DNA from: an uncultured bacterium | GTDB lineage: Bacteria > Patescibacteriota > JAHJAL01 | DNA length: 64,000 nt | Assembly (NCBI GenBank): GCA_938004065.1 | Contig: CALKWM010000039.1 | Location: forward strand, 65,313-129,312 | Direction: 5' to 3' | Shown here: positions 22,305 through 32,470 of the stretch, one piece after another | How the letters are laid out: every line of letters begins with the position of its first letter | How positions within the stretch are numbered: position 1 is the first letter of the stretch | The notes under the pieces: generated by a model | The model's input: the letters and a program-made list of their open reading frames with translations, nothing else | Databases searched by the model: none | What the model was told of the DNA's origin: nothing | Position numbers and translations under genes: made by a program

Positions 22305-22333
22305 CCGCCCAAGGCGGATGCGCCTAGGGCGCA
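22305..22333. repeat. Double GC hairpin repeat inserted in a 9-mer tttgata(a/g)g tract
   Basis: ccgcccaaggcggatgcgcctagggcgca, inverse copy of 13122-13150. Confidence 0.75.
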
Positions 22334-22445
22334 GATAGGTTTGATAAGTTTAATTTATTTATTTATCAATATTCCCATATTTTCTCGCAATGTTTAGAAA
22401 GGCATGTAATAGTTTATACCAATTTTATTCTTAAAAAAATATTCA

Positions 22446-23051
22446 ATGAAAAAAATCCTGACCCTTATTTTATTTGCCTTAACCGGCTGTCAAATTGTTC
22501 CCACTTCTCCCGATTACGCCCAAAATCAACTAGGCGACTTATTTGATAACAGTGGTAGTGATTATGTTTCCGAATTAACCACCGACCCGGATGGTTTTGT
22601 CCGTTTTCCCGGTGAACCGACTCGGGAATCGAAAGATTACTATATAATTGAAGATATTTGTGGCCAATTTACCGCCGAATTTATCGAGGGAATTACCGGT
22701 CGTGAAGTGGTAAACGCTGAAAATCCTTTGTCCGATACCAACATTTACACCTGTCATTATACATTTGCCGGTGAAGACAGTGCCGGTTTATTGTTAGTTT
22801 TGGATTATTTGTCGATTGAAAATCAAAAAAAAGGTCAGGAAATGATGGATCGCACTACTAAAGAAGAACCATCAATCCCCATGCGGAACATGGTTGCATA
22901 CCAGGAAGATGGCAACATCAACACCATATATTTGATTTTGGATGACAATAAATTTATCACCGTTCATCGCGGTTCCGGTTCCAAACTGAGCAATGAAGAT
23001 GTTTTAGGATACGCTGTTAAAATTGCTCAAAAAATCAAGAATTATAAATAA
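22446..23051 (+). CDS. Putative lipoprotein
   Basis: MKK start with lipobox LTGC. Confidence 0.75.
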   Translation: MKKILTLILFALTGCQIVPTSPDYAQNQLGDLFDNSGSDYVSELTTDPDGFVRFPGEPTRESKDYYIIEDICGQFTAEFIEGITGREVVNAENPLSDTNIYTCHYTFAGEDSAGLLLVLDYLSIENQKKGQEMMDRTTKEEPSIPMRNMVAYQEDGNINTIYLILDDNKFITVHRGSGSKLSNEDVLGYAVKIAQKIKNYK

Positions 23052-23065
23052 ACCAATTGTTCTAG

Positions 23066-23205
23066 TTTTTTTATCTGTCATCCTCGAATCGATCCGCCCT
23101 GGATGGACGATAACTTGTCCAGTGAATCTGTCCGGCGAATGCTTGTGATGCAGGATCGGGGATCCACATCAAATTATTTATCTTTATTTAGCACTACTCA
23201 TAAAT
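23066..23205. repeat. Partial copy of the 3378-3638 element
   Basis: ttatctgtcatcctcgaatcgatccgcc...ggacgataacttgtcc...ggatcggggatcca...ttagcactactcataaat. Confidence 0.8.
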
Positions 23206-23225
23206 AATTATTTTAATATATCTTT

Positions 23226-26039
23226 ATGAATATTTTTTCTAAATTTACTGCCACCTTTTTATTTGCCTCCATGATATTGAGCGTGGCCGGTTGTGACAAT
23301 GTCAGTAATCAGAATCAAATAATCTCCGGAAATAATCCCACTTCAGCAGGTGAATGGACTCCGATAGACAAGTCAGACGATCAAGCAATCACCAATGGTA
23401 ATTTGGCTCCCATCCCCGCTCCTATCGCTCCCCCGCCATTTTTTAACGCTGACTATGTGAGTTACGAAAGCAATGGCGATAGTATTGCCGGTTGGGATTG
23501 GCTACGAGACCGGGGGTTAAATCATTACGCCCAGTGGACCATCACCAATCTACCTACCAATTTACAGGAATTGGAACTGGATATGGAAGTACTAGCTACC
23601 AATAAAGTTAGTGGTGATCGTGGTTATGACGCTTACTTTGAACTTGATTATTGCCGTAACGATTCGGAAATTTCGGAAGATAATGGTGATATTTTTCGAG
23701 GAGAGACAAATCAACGCGGAGGAGATGCGGAAGAAAATGGCAATAAAACACCTTTGCCGGCCGGTATGTGTCATCAGACGGTTCATCTGGTAAATGTTTC
23801 GACATCAACCGATCCGGTCGGCTATACCTGTCGGGGCCAAGTTTTTATTCCCGCTAGCGCCATTGATAGCAATGGTACTTTAATCATCAGGGCTTATCGA
23901 GCCAATTCGGAAGACAATCATGTCGCTTTCAAAAAAGAATCAATTTCCAATTATTTCCCGGCCGGCAATGAAGGCACGCATTCCGGGGATCTGGACGAAA
24001 ACGGAAATTTAATTGAAGGATCCGACAATTCAACCGCCAACGAAACCGAACTTACAATTGCTGAACTTGATAGTGATGGTGACGGCGTCATCAATACTAA
24101 CGAGGAGTTATTTGGTCTAAATCCTAACAATCCCGACACCGATGGTGATGGTGTAACTGACAACAAAGACATTTCCGGTGCTATCGATCCTAGCGAACCA
24201 ACCGGTTGGCAGGATAAACAGAAAAAAGGCATGGTTCGCAATGAAATCGATATGTTGGCTTGGGGCATGGATGGTTGGGTGGAAAGATACGTCAAGCAAT
24301 ACTCAATTATTCCTCCCCGCTCCTGGTTAAACTACCTGGGTACCGAAGAAAATGAAGGTAGCAAAAAAAGTACCATGACCGAAGAATACTACAAAAAAGC
24401 AATTGATCTGGCTTTTAGTGCCGATAAAATGATTGCCTATGATTTTCAGGATATTAGCCCATCGGATATCGGTGTTGATGATACTGAAAAAACAAATGAT
24501 TATGAACACGAACACGACTACATATACAGTGCCAGTTTGCTTCACCCCAACGAATATCGTTTTTACTATGATGACATCACTGATTATACTCACGTTTCAA
24601 TCAAAAATAGTGAGGAAATAAAATATCCAAGTGAAGACCAATATTTCCGTTATCTGTTGCAACCGATTAAAATATATTCCCATAAAGAAAACAATTTCAC
24701 TCTGCAATTCAAAGACGCGCAACTTTACAATGATATGTATTTGCTAAACGAAAATAATTATCAACAACCTGGATTCATATATTCATTCTATGATAATGAT
24801 AATTTTGACGATGACAACAATACTCCGCTTGACGAAAATCTAGCCATTGCTTGGGTCATCGACAATGGCGTTTTTGAAACAACCATCACTTTACCCGCTG
24901 ACAAAGCAACTATCGGTGGCGGATTCTTGAAAATTACTCCGGTTTGGATCAAAAAACAAAATAACAAAGTTGAATATCTTCCCGCTTCAGTTAACTGGGA
25001 CTTAACCGGTATTTCCCGCAGCGTAACCTTTTTTAACAACGATCAGGGAAATATGAAAACTATGACCCAGGAGTTGGACAATATGGACAAATTGAATACC
25101 GACTGGCCGGCGGAAAATTTTGTTTCCGGGCAAACTACCAATCCCAATTATCATTTCTCATCCGAATGGTACGCCAATATCACCAAAGACCCGCAAGCTA
25201 CTCATCCTTATAGCGGATACGAAGCAACCAGAACTGTCATGAATTTTATCAATCTCGGTCTCAATGTTGACAACAGTGTAATTTCGATGAGTGAATCAAT
25301 CGAACTAAGCCGTTTTAACGGTATCGATGACATCGACCAATTGCCGGACAATCATTGGGCGCGCCAACCCAAATACAGCCAAGCTGTGGGTGCTTTTGCT
25401 CTTGTTGCCGGAGTTGCGTCAATTTCCAGTGATTCCTATGATGCTTACATTGCCGTAAAAAATGGTGAAGCGGTCGATGTGGCCTATTATTCGGCCCGCG
25501 CCACCGTTACCGGCATTAGTACCGCTTCCACTATGATTGGTATTGCCAACAGGACAGTCGGTTACACCGGCAAAGCCACTAAATTTGCCAAGCTGGCCGG
25601 CACCAAAGCCGCTGTTGGTTTGGCTGTTGCCGCCGGCGCCGTCGAGGTGGTTTATGATTCTTATCAACTTTCCAATGCCAACGATCCGATTGAACAAAAA
25701 ATCTATAAAGAAAAAATTGCTGCCGATGTTTTAAATACCGGTTTATCGGTTGGAGCGATTTTAGCACCGCATGCTTTGGCATTCCAAATTACTTGGACGG
25801 TCGAAGCCGAGATCTATGCTGCGATATTTGGCGAAGATTTTGCCTATCAAGTCGCCTCCTCTCCGGGAAGTGCCGCCGTATTTCTAACACAATATTTTAT
25901 TACCGGAGGTATTCCGAGTCAAATGGCAACCGCCGCCTATGAAGATGCTCGCAACGATATTTTTTACCAAATTGAAACCCATATGACTGGCGTGGGATTA
26001 CCGTTTATGACCATCTTTATCGATCCTGATTTGTCATAA
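23226..26039 (+). CDS. Large lipoprotein with DxDxDG Ca-binding (TSP3-like) repeat and hydrophobic helical C-terminal region
   Basis: Lipobox VAGC; LDSDGDGV...NPNNPDTDGDGV; Ala/Gly/Val-rich helices in the last ~250 aa. Confidence 0.75.
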   Translation: MNIFSKFTATFLFASMILSVAGCDNVSNQNQIISGNNPTSAGEWTPIDKSDDQAITNGNLAPIPAPIAPPPFFNADYVSYESNGDSIAGWDWLRDRGLNHYAQWTITNLPTNLQELELDMEVLATNKVSGDRGYDAYFELDYCRNDSEISEDNGDIFRGETNQRGGDAEENGNKTPLPAGMCHQTVHLVNVSTSTDPVGYTCRGQVFIPASAIDSNGTLIIRAYRANSEDNHVAFKKESISNYFPAGNEGTHSGDLDENGNLIEGSDNSTANETELTIAELDSDGDGVINTNEELFGLNPNNPDTDGDGVTDNKDISGAIDPSEPTGWQDKQKKGMVRNEIDMLAWGMDGWVERYVKQYSIIPPRSWLNYLGTEENEGSKKSTMTEEYYKKAIDLAFSADKMIAYDFQDISPSDIGVDDTEKTNDYEHEHDYIYSASLLHPNEYRFYYDDITDYTHVSIKNSEEIKYPSEDQYFRYLLQPIKIYSHKENNFTLQFKDAQLYNDMYLLNENNYQQPGFIYSFYDNDNFDDDNNTPLDENLAIAWVIDNGVFETTITLPADKATIGGGFLKITPVWIKKQNNKVEYLPASVNWDLTGISRSVTFFNNDQGNMKTMTQELDNMDKLNTDWPAENFVSGQTTNPNYHFSSEWYANITKDPQATHPYSGYEATRTVMNFINLGLNVDNSVISMSESIELSRFNGIDDIDQLPDNHWARQPKYSQAVGAFALVAGVASISSDSYDAYIAVKNGEAVDVAYYSARATVTGISTASTMIGIANRTVGYTGKATKFAKLAGTKAAVGLAVAAGAVEVVYDSYQLSNANDPIEQKIYKEKIAADVLNTGLSVGAILAPHALAFQITWTVEAEIYAAIFGEDFAYQVASSPGSAAVFLTQYFITGGIPSQMATAAYEDARNDIFYQIETHMTGVGLPFMTIFIDPDLS

Positions 26040-26067
26040 ATATCCATTGAAAATGTATTTTACGATT

Positions 26068-26098
26068 TGGGCGAACTTTTTTTAAAAAAGTTCGCCCA
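26068..26098. terminator. Intrinsic terminator-like hairpin
   Basis: tgggcgaactttttt/aaaaaagttcgccca inverted repeat after the stop codon. Confidence 0.7.
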
Positions 26099-26191
26099 GA
26101 TTTAAAAATTTCCCCAAATATCATCTATTCTTATTCATGAATAATTGTCCAAAAAAATGATACAATAAAAAATGTTAGCATACCAATACGC

Positions 26192-27985
26192 ATGAAGAAA
26201 AAAACTTCAATCATTTACAAAAAATGGCCTTGGATAGGTCAATTATTTCTTGCGTCCCATAGAACTTTTTTGTTTTTCATGGTTTTTTTTGTATTTTCAA
26301 ACTCATTTTCAAATCCTGCTCTTGCTACCGGTGGTATGGTTTTTACACCAACCCAAAAAACATTTTCTCCGGCTGAAAAAGAACACCCGGAGGTTGAAAC
26401 TCTCGGCTCAAAAATCTATTACGTCTGGCAAGAATATAACGGCAGTTTCAACCAGATCTGGACGGCCGAAATGAACACCGACGGCACCGGTTGGACTGCC
26501 ACCAAACAGACAACTACCGGCTACAATAAACAATATCCTCATATGTCCATCTCCGGCTCAAAAATCTATTATGTTTGGCAGGAATACGACGGCAGTTTCA
26601 ACCAGATCTGGACCGCCGAAATGAACTCCGATGGCACCAGTTGGTTAGCTACGAAACGTACTACCTCTTTATTCAACAAAACCAATCCCAAATTATATGT
26701 TTTGGGATCTAAAATATATTACACTTGGGACGAAAAAGACGCGGGCGGATTATCCCAAATCTGGACGGCTGAGATGAATACCAATGGCACCGGCTTTACC
26801 GCCACTCCTCGCACTTCAACTTTTTTCAATTCTTCACCTGACTTTAAAATTTACAACAATCAACTCTTTATTGTCTGGTCCAGATATGACAGCGCCACAC
26901 CCGGTTGGCACAAATTGATGTTATCGCAGATGAATACGGATGGCACGGGTTGGATGGAAAATGAACTTGATTCATCCAACTTTTGTGAATTTGTCGATCA
27001 AATGCCCAAAATCGAAGTCGACAATGGTAATGTAGTTGTTTCTTATTTGAAATGTGAATACTATAAACCCTTGTCCGGCTATTATCTCAACCAAAGACTG
27101 GGGGTGGTAAATGCCACATCAAACGGTTGGAAACATGAAAGACTAATTGAACCCACTTTCTCGACTATCGCCGATATTCAGATTTATCTGAGCAATGTCT
27201 ATGTCAGTTGGGGCTCGGCTTCGGACAATCAAATATGGACAGGGGTCTTGGATCTGGATGATTTTGAATGGCGTCCAACCATTCGTACCAATTCCGGCAC
27301 CATTAAAACCAATCCATCAATAGCAATTAACGATCCCTCAGTTTACTATACATGGTCGCAACAAGATGGCGTTGGAGACAATCAAATCTGGACTGCTGTT
27401 GAGACCAATCAAGATTCCATTGCCTCCAATACCAACGTTACCGCCACCGTGCCCAGCTATATGGTTTTCACTGTATATGGTATCAATAGTGGCACTGTCA
27501 ATGGCACCCCGGTCAATATTGTTTCTGCTCCCACCGACGTTAATTTTGGAATTATTAACGGCGCGAACAATCGTGTTGCCGCCCAGGAATTGGAAGTCAG
27601 AACCAATGCTTCCGGGGGTTACACCGTTACTATCCAATACACCGCCAACCTTTCCTCCGGTATCGACACTATCAACAACTTTACCGGTACTAACACCGCC
27701 CCCGCTCCTTGGAATACTCCACCCGGCTCCGGCACCGAAGGGTATTTTGGTTACACTACGGAAGATTTCACTTTGGGTACCGGCATTCCTGATCGATTCT
27801 CCACCAACCTCTGGTCCGGGTTTACGTCCGCTCCTCTCGAAGTCATGTACCACAACACACCGGTAGATGGTACTATCGCCGGTATTGGTGTTACCCGTAT
27901 CGGTTACCAACTGGAGATCACCAATTTCCAACCTAGCGGCACATACACCTCCGATGTTACTTATATTTGCACCCCGGTATATTAG
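26192..27985 (+). CDS. Secreted beta-propeller repeat protein with WxL-like C-terminal domain
   Basis: Repeats GSKIYYVWQE...QIWTAEMNxDGTGW; C-terminal VRTNASGGY...QPSGTYTSDVTYICTP. Confidence 0.7.
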   Translation: MKKKTSIIYKKWPWIGQLFLASHRTFLFFMVFFVFSNSFSNPALATGGMVFTPTQKTFSPAEKEHPEVETLGSKIYYVWQEYNGSFNQIWTAEMNTDGTGWTATKQTTTGYNKQYPHMSISGSKIYYVWQEYDGSFNQIWTAEMNSDGTSWLATKRTTSLFNKTNPKLYVLGSKIYYTWDEKDAGGLSQIWTAEMNTNGTGFTATPRTSTFFNSSPDFKIYNNQLFIVWSRYDSATPGWHKLMLSQMNTDGTGWMENELDSSNFCEFVDQMPKIEVDNGNVVVSYLKCEYYKPLSGYYLNQRLGVVNATSNGWKHERLIEPTFSTIADIQIYLSNVYVSWGSASDNQIWTGVLDLDDFEWRPTIRTNSGTIKTNPSIAINDPSVYYTWSQQDGVGDNQIWTAVETNQDSIASNTNVTATVPSYMVFTVYGINSGTVNGTPVNIVSAPTDVNFGIINGANNRVAAQELEVRTNASGGYTVTIQYTANLSSGIDTINNFTGTNTAPAPWNTPPGSGTEGYFGYTTEDFTLGTGIPDRFSTNLWSGFTSAPLEVMYHNTPVDGTIAGIGVTRIGYQLEITNFQPSGTYTSDVTYICTPVY

Positions 27986-27998
27986 ATAACTTTCAAAA

Positions 27999-29075
27999 AT
28001 GTTTGCCTTTACCGTCAAAACTGATTCAACGACCGGAAAAAAAATTTTAAACCTGAGCTTTATCTCCATCAACCACGCTCTGGTTGACATGGTGTGTGCT
28101 TATTTGCTTTTTAGTGTAATAACCCAAAACCTCGTTGTAGACGATCAATTTGTCTATTTAATCATCTGGTACGGATTGTTGGCTTTTGGTCTGCAACCTC
28201 TGTGTGGATTGATTATAGATTACTATCAAATCCCGTATCAGGCCCTTGCACTTTCGTTGGGAGTGTTGCTCACCTCGATTTTGGCCTATTTTATTTCTCC
28301 ATGGCTATCAATCACACTCTGCGCCTTGGCCAATGCAATTTTTCATGTCTCGGCCGGCACCATCAGTTTCAATATCACTCCTCAAAAAGCATCCGCTCCC
28401 GGGATCTATGTCGGTCCGGGCGCTTTGGGACTATTCCTGGGAACATGGCTCGGACGTCATCATCCGGAAAAATTTTGTCTTATTTTGATTGCCATTTTAG
28501 TTTTATCAATTTTCGTTCTCTATCTGATACCTCCCATCAAGATAGATTACCAAATTAAAAAAATATCCCGAAATAATACCTTCTGGTTAGTGTTGTTGGG
28601 ATTGTTATTGGTGGTTGGTTTTAGATCAATTGTAGGCATGTCTTTGGTTTTTGCCTGGAAATCGGAGTTTATTCTAGCGGTATTGCTCGTAATTTTTGTA
28701 GTCATCGGCAAAATGCTTGCCGGTCTTGTCGCCGATCGTTTTGGCTGGCTAAAAACTTGTTTTATCGGATTGATTTTGTCGATACCCTTATTATATTTGG
28801 GCGCCGATATTCCATATCTGGCTTTCTTTGGTGCATTGTCGTATCAAGTCACTATGCCGGTAACACTCACCGCCGTCGCTTTGTTGTGGCCCGGTCGTCC
28901 CGGCTGGGCCTTTGGTTTACCTTGCGGTGCTCTAATTTTGGGTGCGCTGATAACTTTTTTCGACGTGGACAAAACACTGACCACCTACATTCCCCTCGTT
29001 ATTATCATCCAAATTGTCATAATCATATTTTCATTAAATTATTTTTATAAATTAACAAAAAACAATCATGGCTAA
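27999..29075 (+). CDS. MFS-like transporter
   Basis: About 12 TM segments; HALVD start and GLVADRFG motif-A-like loop. Confidence 0.75.
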   Translation: MFAFTVKTDSTTGKKILNLSFISINHALVDMVCAYLLFSVITQNLVVDDQFVYLIIWYGLLAFGLQPLCGLIIDYYQIPYQALALSLGVLLTSILAYFISPWLSITLCALANAIFHVSAGTISFNITPQKASAPGIYVGPGALGLFLGTWLGRHHPEKFCLILIAILVLSIFVLYLIPPIKIDYQIKKISRNNTFWLVLLGLLLVVGFRSIVGMSLVFAWKSEFILAVLLVIFVVIGKMLAGLVADRFGWLKTCFIGLILSIPLLYLGADIPYLAFFGALSYQVTMPVTLTAVALLWPGRPGWAFGLPCGALILGALITFFDVDKTLTTYIPLVIIIQIVIIIFSLNYFYKLTKNNHG

Positions 29076-29250
29076 TTTTTTCACACTTTTGGCCGACATC
29101 CCCGCTCCCACCGGCACCGAAATGGTTATTTCATTGGGAGTCATCCTTTTTATAGCTATCGTAGTATTGGCTATTATGTTCTTTACGATTTACGGTTTTG
29201 TCTGTTTTCTCAATCGGCTCCCAAATAAAAAAACCCAAAATCGAAAATAA
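29068..29250 (+). CDS. Small single-TM protein
   Basis: 60 aa, one long hydrophobic helix and basic tail; overlaps the upstream stop. Confidence 0.5.
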   Translation: MANFFTLLADIPAPTGTEMVISLGVILFIAIVVLAIMFFTIYGFVCFLNRLPNKKTQNRK

Positions 29251-29309
29251 TTCCTCGAGTATCCTTGATATATAGTATAATAATGCCACAATATTATAAT
29301 ATTTCGTTT

Positions 29310-30539
29310 ATGAAACTCTCAAAATCTTTTATCAAAACCAAGAAAAACGCCTCGAAGGAAGCGGACTGCAAAAACGCCCGGTATTTTGAACGAACCGGTA
29401 TGGTGCAAAAACAGATGGCCGGAGTATATGCCTTGCTACCTTTGGGCAAAATAGTTATGGAAAAAATTGAAGCCGTCGTTCGAGATGAGATGAACCTGGC
29501 CGACGGTCAAGAAATCAAAATGAACGTACTGCAACCAAAAACCCTCTGGGATGAGACCGGTCGCTTCGAGGAAATGAAAGATATCTTTTACAAAACTTTC
29601 GGTCGCAATCAAGAGGAATTGGGTTTGGGCCCCAGTCATGAGGAACAGGTGGTTGATATTTTTCGCAAAAATGCCGACTCGTATCGAGATTTACCGGTCA
29701 GTTTGTATCAAATCAATACCAAGTTTCGCAACGAAGCCCGCGCCAAATCAGGTCTGTTGCGTGGCCGGGAATTTACCATGAAAGATATGTACAGTTTTCA
29801 CATCGACGAAAAAGATTTTGAACGATACTATCAAATGATGAAACAAACATATTTAAATGTTTTCCGACGCTGTGGGTTGGAGGCGCAAATCGTACAAGCT
29901 TCCGGGGGCGCATTTACGGAAAAATTTTCCCATGAATTTCAAGTTTTGACCGATATCGGCGAGGACAAGGTCTATTGCTGTAATTGCCCGGAATTCAAAA
30001 ACAAAGAGATTTTATCGGATCAAGCATTGGATAAATGCCCCGACTGCGGTGCCAAAATTGAAATAAAAAATGGCATCGAAGTCGGCAATATTTTCCCGCT
30101 GGAATACAAATACACCAGTGCCATGAAAGTAACGGTAAAAGATCAAAAAGGGGCGGATCTGATGCCGATGATGGGCTGTTATGGTATCGGGATGGAGAGA
30201 TTGATGGCCACAGTTGTGGAGATATATTTTGACGAAGCCAACAATCTCATGCTATGGCCGACAGAGTTATCACCTTTTCAATTTCATCTGATTTCCCTCG
30301 GGCAAGATCAAGAAGCGGAAGAAATATATCATACGCTGAGAGAAAAAAATATCGATGTTTTATATGACGACCGCGAGGTGTCGGCCGGCGAAAAATTTGC
30401 CGATGCTGATCTGATCGGTTGTGGCAAGAGAATTGTCGTTTCCAAAAAATCATTGGCCACCGGTGGAGTGGAATTGATCGACAATTACGATCAAACAACA
30501 AAGATCGTCAAGCCGGAAGAGATAAAAAATAATGGCTAG
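29310..30539 (+). CDS. proS: Proline--tRNA ligase, short form without editing insertion
   Basis: LGPSHEE, KFRNEARAKSGLLRGREF, GIEVGNIF, MGCYGIG, anticodon-binding domain; probable start MKLSK. Confidence 0.95.
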   Translation: MKLSKSFIKTKKNASKEADCKNARYFERTGMVQKQMAGVYALLPLGKIVMEKIEAVVRDEMNLADGQEIKMNVLQPKTLWDETGRFEEMKDIFYKTFGRNQEELGLGPSHEEQVVDIFRKNADSYRDLPVSLYQINTKFRNEARAKSGLLRGREFTMKDMYSFHIDEKDFERYYQMMKQTYLNVFRRCGLEAQIVQASGGAFTEKFSHEFQVLTDIGEDKVYCCNCPEFKNKEILSDQALDKCPDCGAKIEIKNGIEVGNIFPLEYKYTSAMKVTVKDQKGADLMPMMGCYGIGMERLMATVVEIYFDEANNLMLWPTELSPFQFHLISLGQDQEAEEIYHTLREKNIDVLYDDREVSAGEKFADADLIGCGKRIVVSKKSLATGGVELIDNYDQTTKIVKPEEIKNNG

Positions 30540-30555
30540 AATTTAATATCGATTC

Positions 30556-30747
30556 CTAATTTAAATCAAATAAATCTTCGATAGTAGTCCCCAAGGTTTT
30601 GGCGACACGATACGCCAGCAAAAGCGAGGGGTTGTATTTACCTTGTTCCAAAAAAACAATTGTTTCCCGTCGGACTCCGACTTTTTTGGCTAACTCTTCC
30701 TGTGTCATTTGTTGGTCGGTGCGAATTTCTTTAATTCTGTTTTTCAT
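30556..30747 (-). CDS. XRE-family transcriptional regulator
   Basis: [29 protein letters not shown]. Confidence 0.9.
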   Translation of the reverse strand: MKNRIKEIRTDQQMTQEELAKKVGVRRETIVFLEQGKYNPSLLLAYRVAKTLGTTIEDLFDLN

Positions 30748-30750
30748 ATA

Positions 30751-31299
30751 TTATTTACATTCTTGAGTTGGAGCCGGCCAGGATGGGTGACCATGCTCGA
30801 TCCATTGACCATTTTGACAGATCCAGTCGTCTTCACCACTTAGCAAACGCAAGCCTCCAATAATCATAATACCAATTATCACAATACCAGCAAAAACCCA
30901 GATTTCTTTGTTTTTGAACCACTGCAATTGATGATAAAATCGAAAAAACAAGGTATAGATTATCATCAAAAGACAAACGGAATAGGAAAGGGTAATGGAA
31001 ATTGCTTCATAGGACGGGTTGATGCCTTTTTGGGAGTTAAAAAGCAAAATAAAAACAACAGCGATAATGGCAAAAATATTTATCGCCCAGCGGGCCGACT
31101 CGCCGCTTACCTGGTAGTCGCGTTCGTCAGCCAGAATTTCGGTTGTTTTACTGCGTAAATAAAACAGGACGATCCAGGCAATGATTATTGAAACTAATGC
31201 CAAAAATAAATTATCAAAAATTACCGCTTGGGAAATGATGATACCTAGTACGATGGTGACGACAATTCGAGTCCATTTGTAAAATTTTGGAGTAAGCAT
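30751..31299 (-). CDS. DUF2178-like membrane protein
   Basis: DERD motif after TM helices, coupled to an XRE gene; tail EDDWICQNGQWIEHGHP. Confidence 0.7.
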   Translation of the reverse strand: MLTPKFYKWTRIVVTIVLGIIISQAVIFDNLFLALVSIIIAWIVLFYLRSKTTEILADERDYQVSGESARWAINIFAIIAVVFILLFNSQKGINPSYEAISITLSYSVCLLMIIYTLFFRFYHQLQWFKNKEIWVFAGIVIIGIMIIGGLRLLSGEDDWICQNGQWIEHGHPSWPAPTQECK

Positions 31300-31414
31300 A
31301 GCAATATTTGTTAGAAATAATTAACATCAATTTAATGTTATATATTTCTAACTTTGGTGTCAAGAATTTTAAATATTATATAGTTATTTTAAAATTAGCA
31401 AATATCATGTGTTT

Positions 31415-32402
31415 ATGAATAATCGTATTTTTTTAGATTTGAATACATCCAATATCGCCCCGGGTGGAGGATTTGTTGTATATAAAGAAAATCGTATAAC
31501 GGTAGATGAATGCTGGGGAAATTTTTCAAATTCACAATCTGCCAGTATAGATCAAAATACTATTTTTGATCTGGCGTCGATTACCAAACTTTACACTACC
31601 GCGATTGTTATGCGAATGCATCAAAAATCTATGCTGGATATTGATGATTTGATGTCTAAATATCTCTATATTTATCATCATTCCAATCTAAAAATAATTG
31701 ATTTGCTGACGCATCGGGCGAATTTTGGCATCAGGTTGGGTCAATATCGGGAAAAATTTGGCACAAATTTCAGAGATAAAGTTTTTGACATCAAACCCCC
31801 CCGGCGAATATTGGCAATGGTATTTTTTATGAAAATATCCGCTTCATTCACTTAGGGCGGTTAATAGAGATAGTAAGCGACAAGAGTTTGTCAGAAAATT
31901 TTTATCAATTATTTACCGATTTGGATTTGAACAATACCCATCTTGGTTTCGTCGGGCAAAAAGATTTTATCTCACCACCGACTGAAAAAAAAGGTCAAGA
32001 TATTATCCAGAATGTTACCCACGATGAATCAGCTCGCCTACTCGGTGGTTTGGCCGGCAACGCCGGGGTTTTTGCCAGCATCCTGGATTTGGTCAAGTTT
32101 GGTCAAGCGTGGATTGATGGTAAAATTGTTGATCAAAGATTTTGGACGAATATGTTTATAAAAATTACGATCAAACAAACAAAAGTCCGCAAGCTTTGGG
32201 CTGGTGGATGAGGTTGCCGAGAATTAAATTGACGCTGGATGATTTTTATTCTCACACCGGCTTTACGGGAGGACTGCTTTTTATCCGGCCAAAAAAGAAG
32301 ATAGTAGGAGCTTTTTTGTGTAACAGAACATATTTTGGGAGGAACAATTTTGAGCACATAAAGATTTGGCAAGAAATGGTGAATCTGAGCGAAAATATGT
32401 GA
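31415..32402 (+). pseudogene. Serine hydrolase / beta-lactamase-related gene split by two frameshifts
   Basis: ASITK (SxxK), LLTH, YEN, AGNAGVF, HTGFTG spread over three frames; shifts at the C7 run 31796-31802 and a T4 run near 32140. Confidence 0.8.
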
Positions 32403-32470
32403 ACACAAATGAAACAGACTACCCGATAAATACGAATGGTTTATTTTTTCTCGATGGAAAAAGCCAACCA

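Noticed and set aside
27338-28090. 250-aa minus-strand and 166-aa alternative-frame ORFs
   Set aside because: They overlap a well-formed CDS and carry no motifs; shadow ORFs
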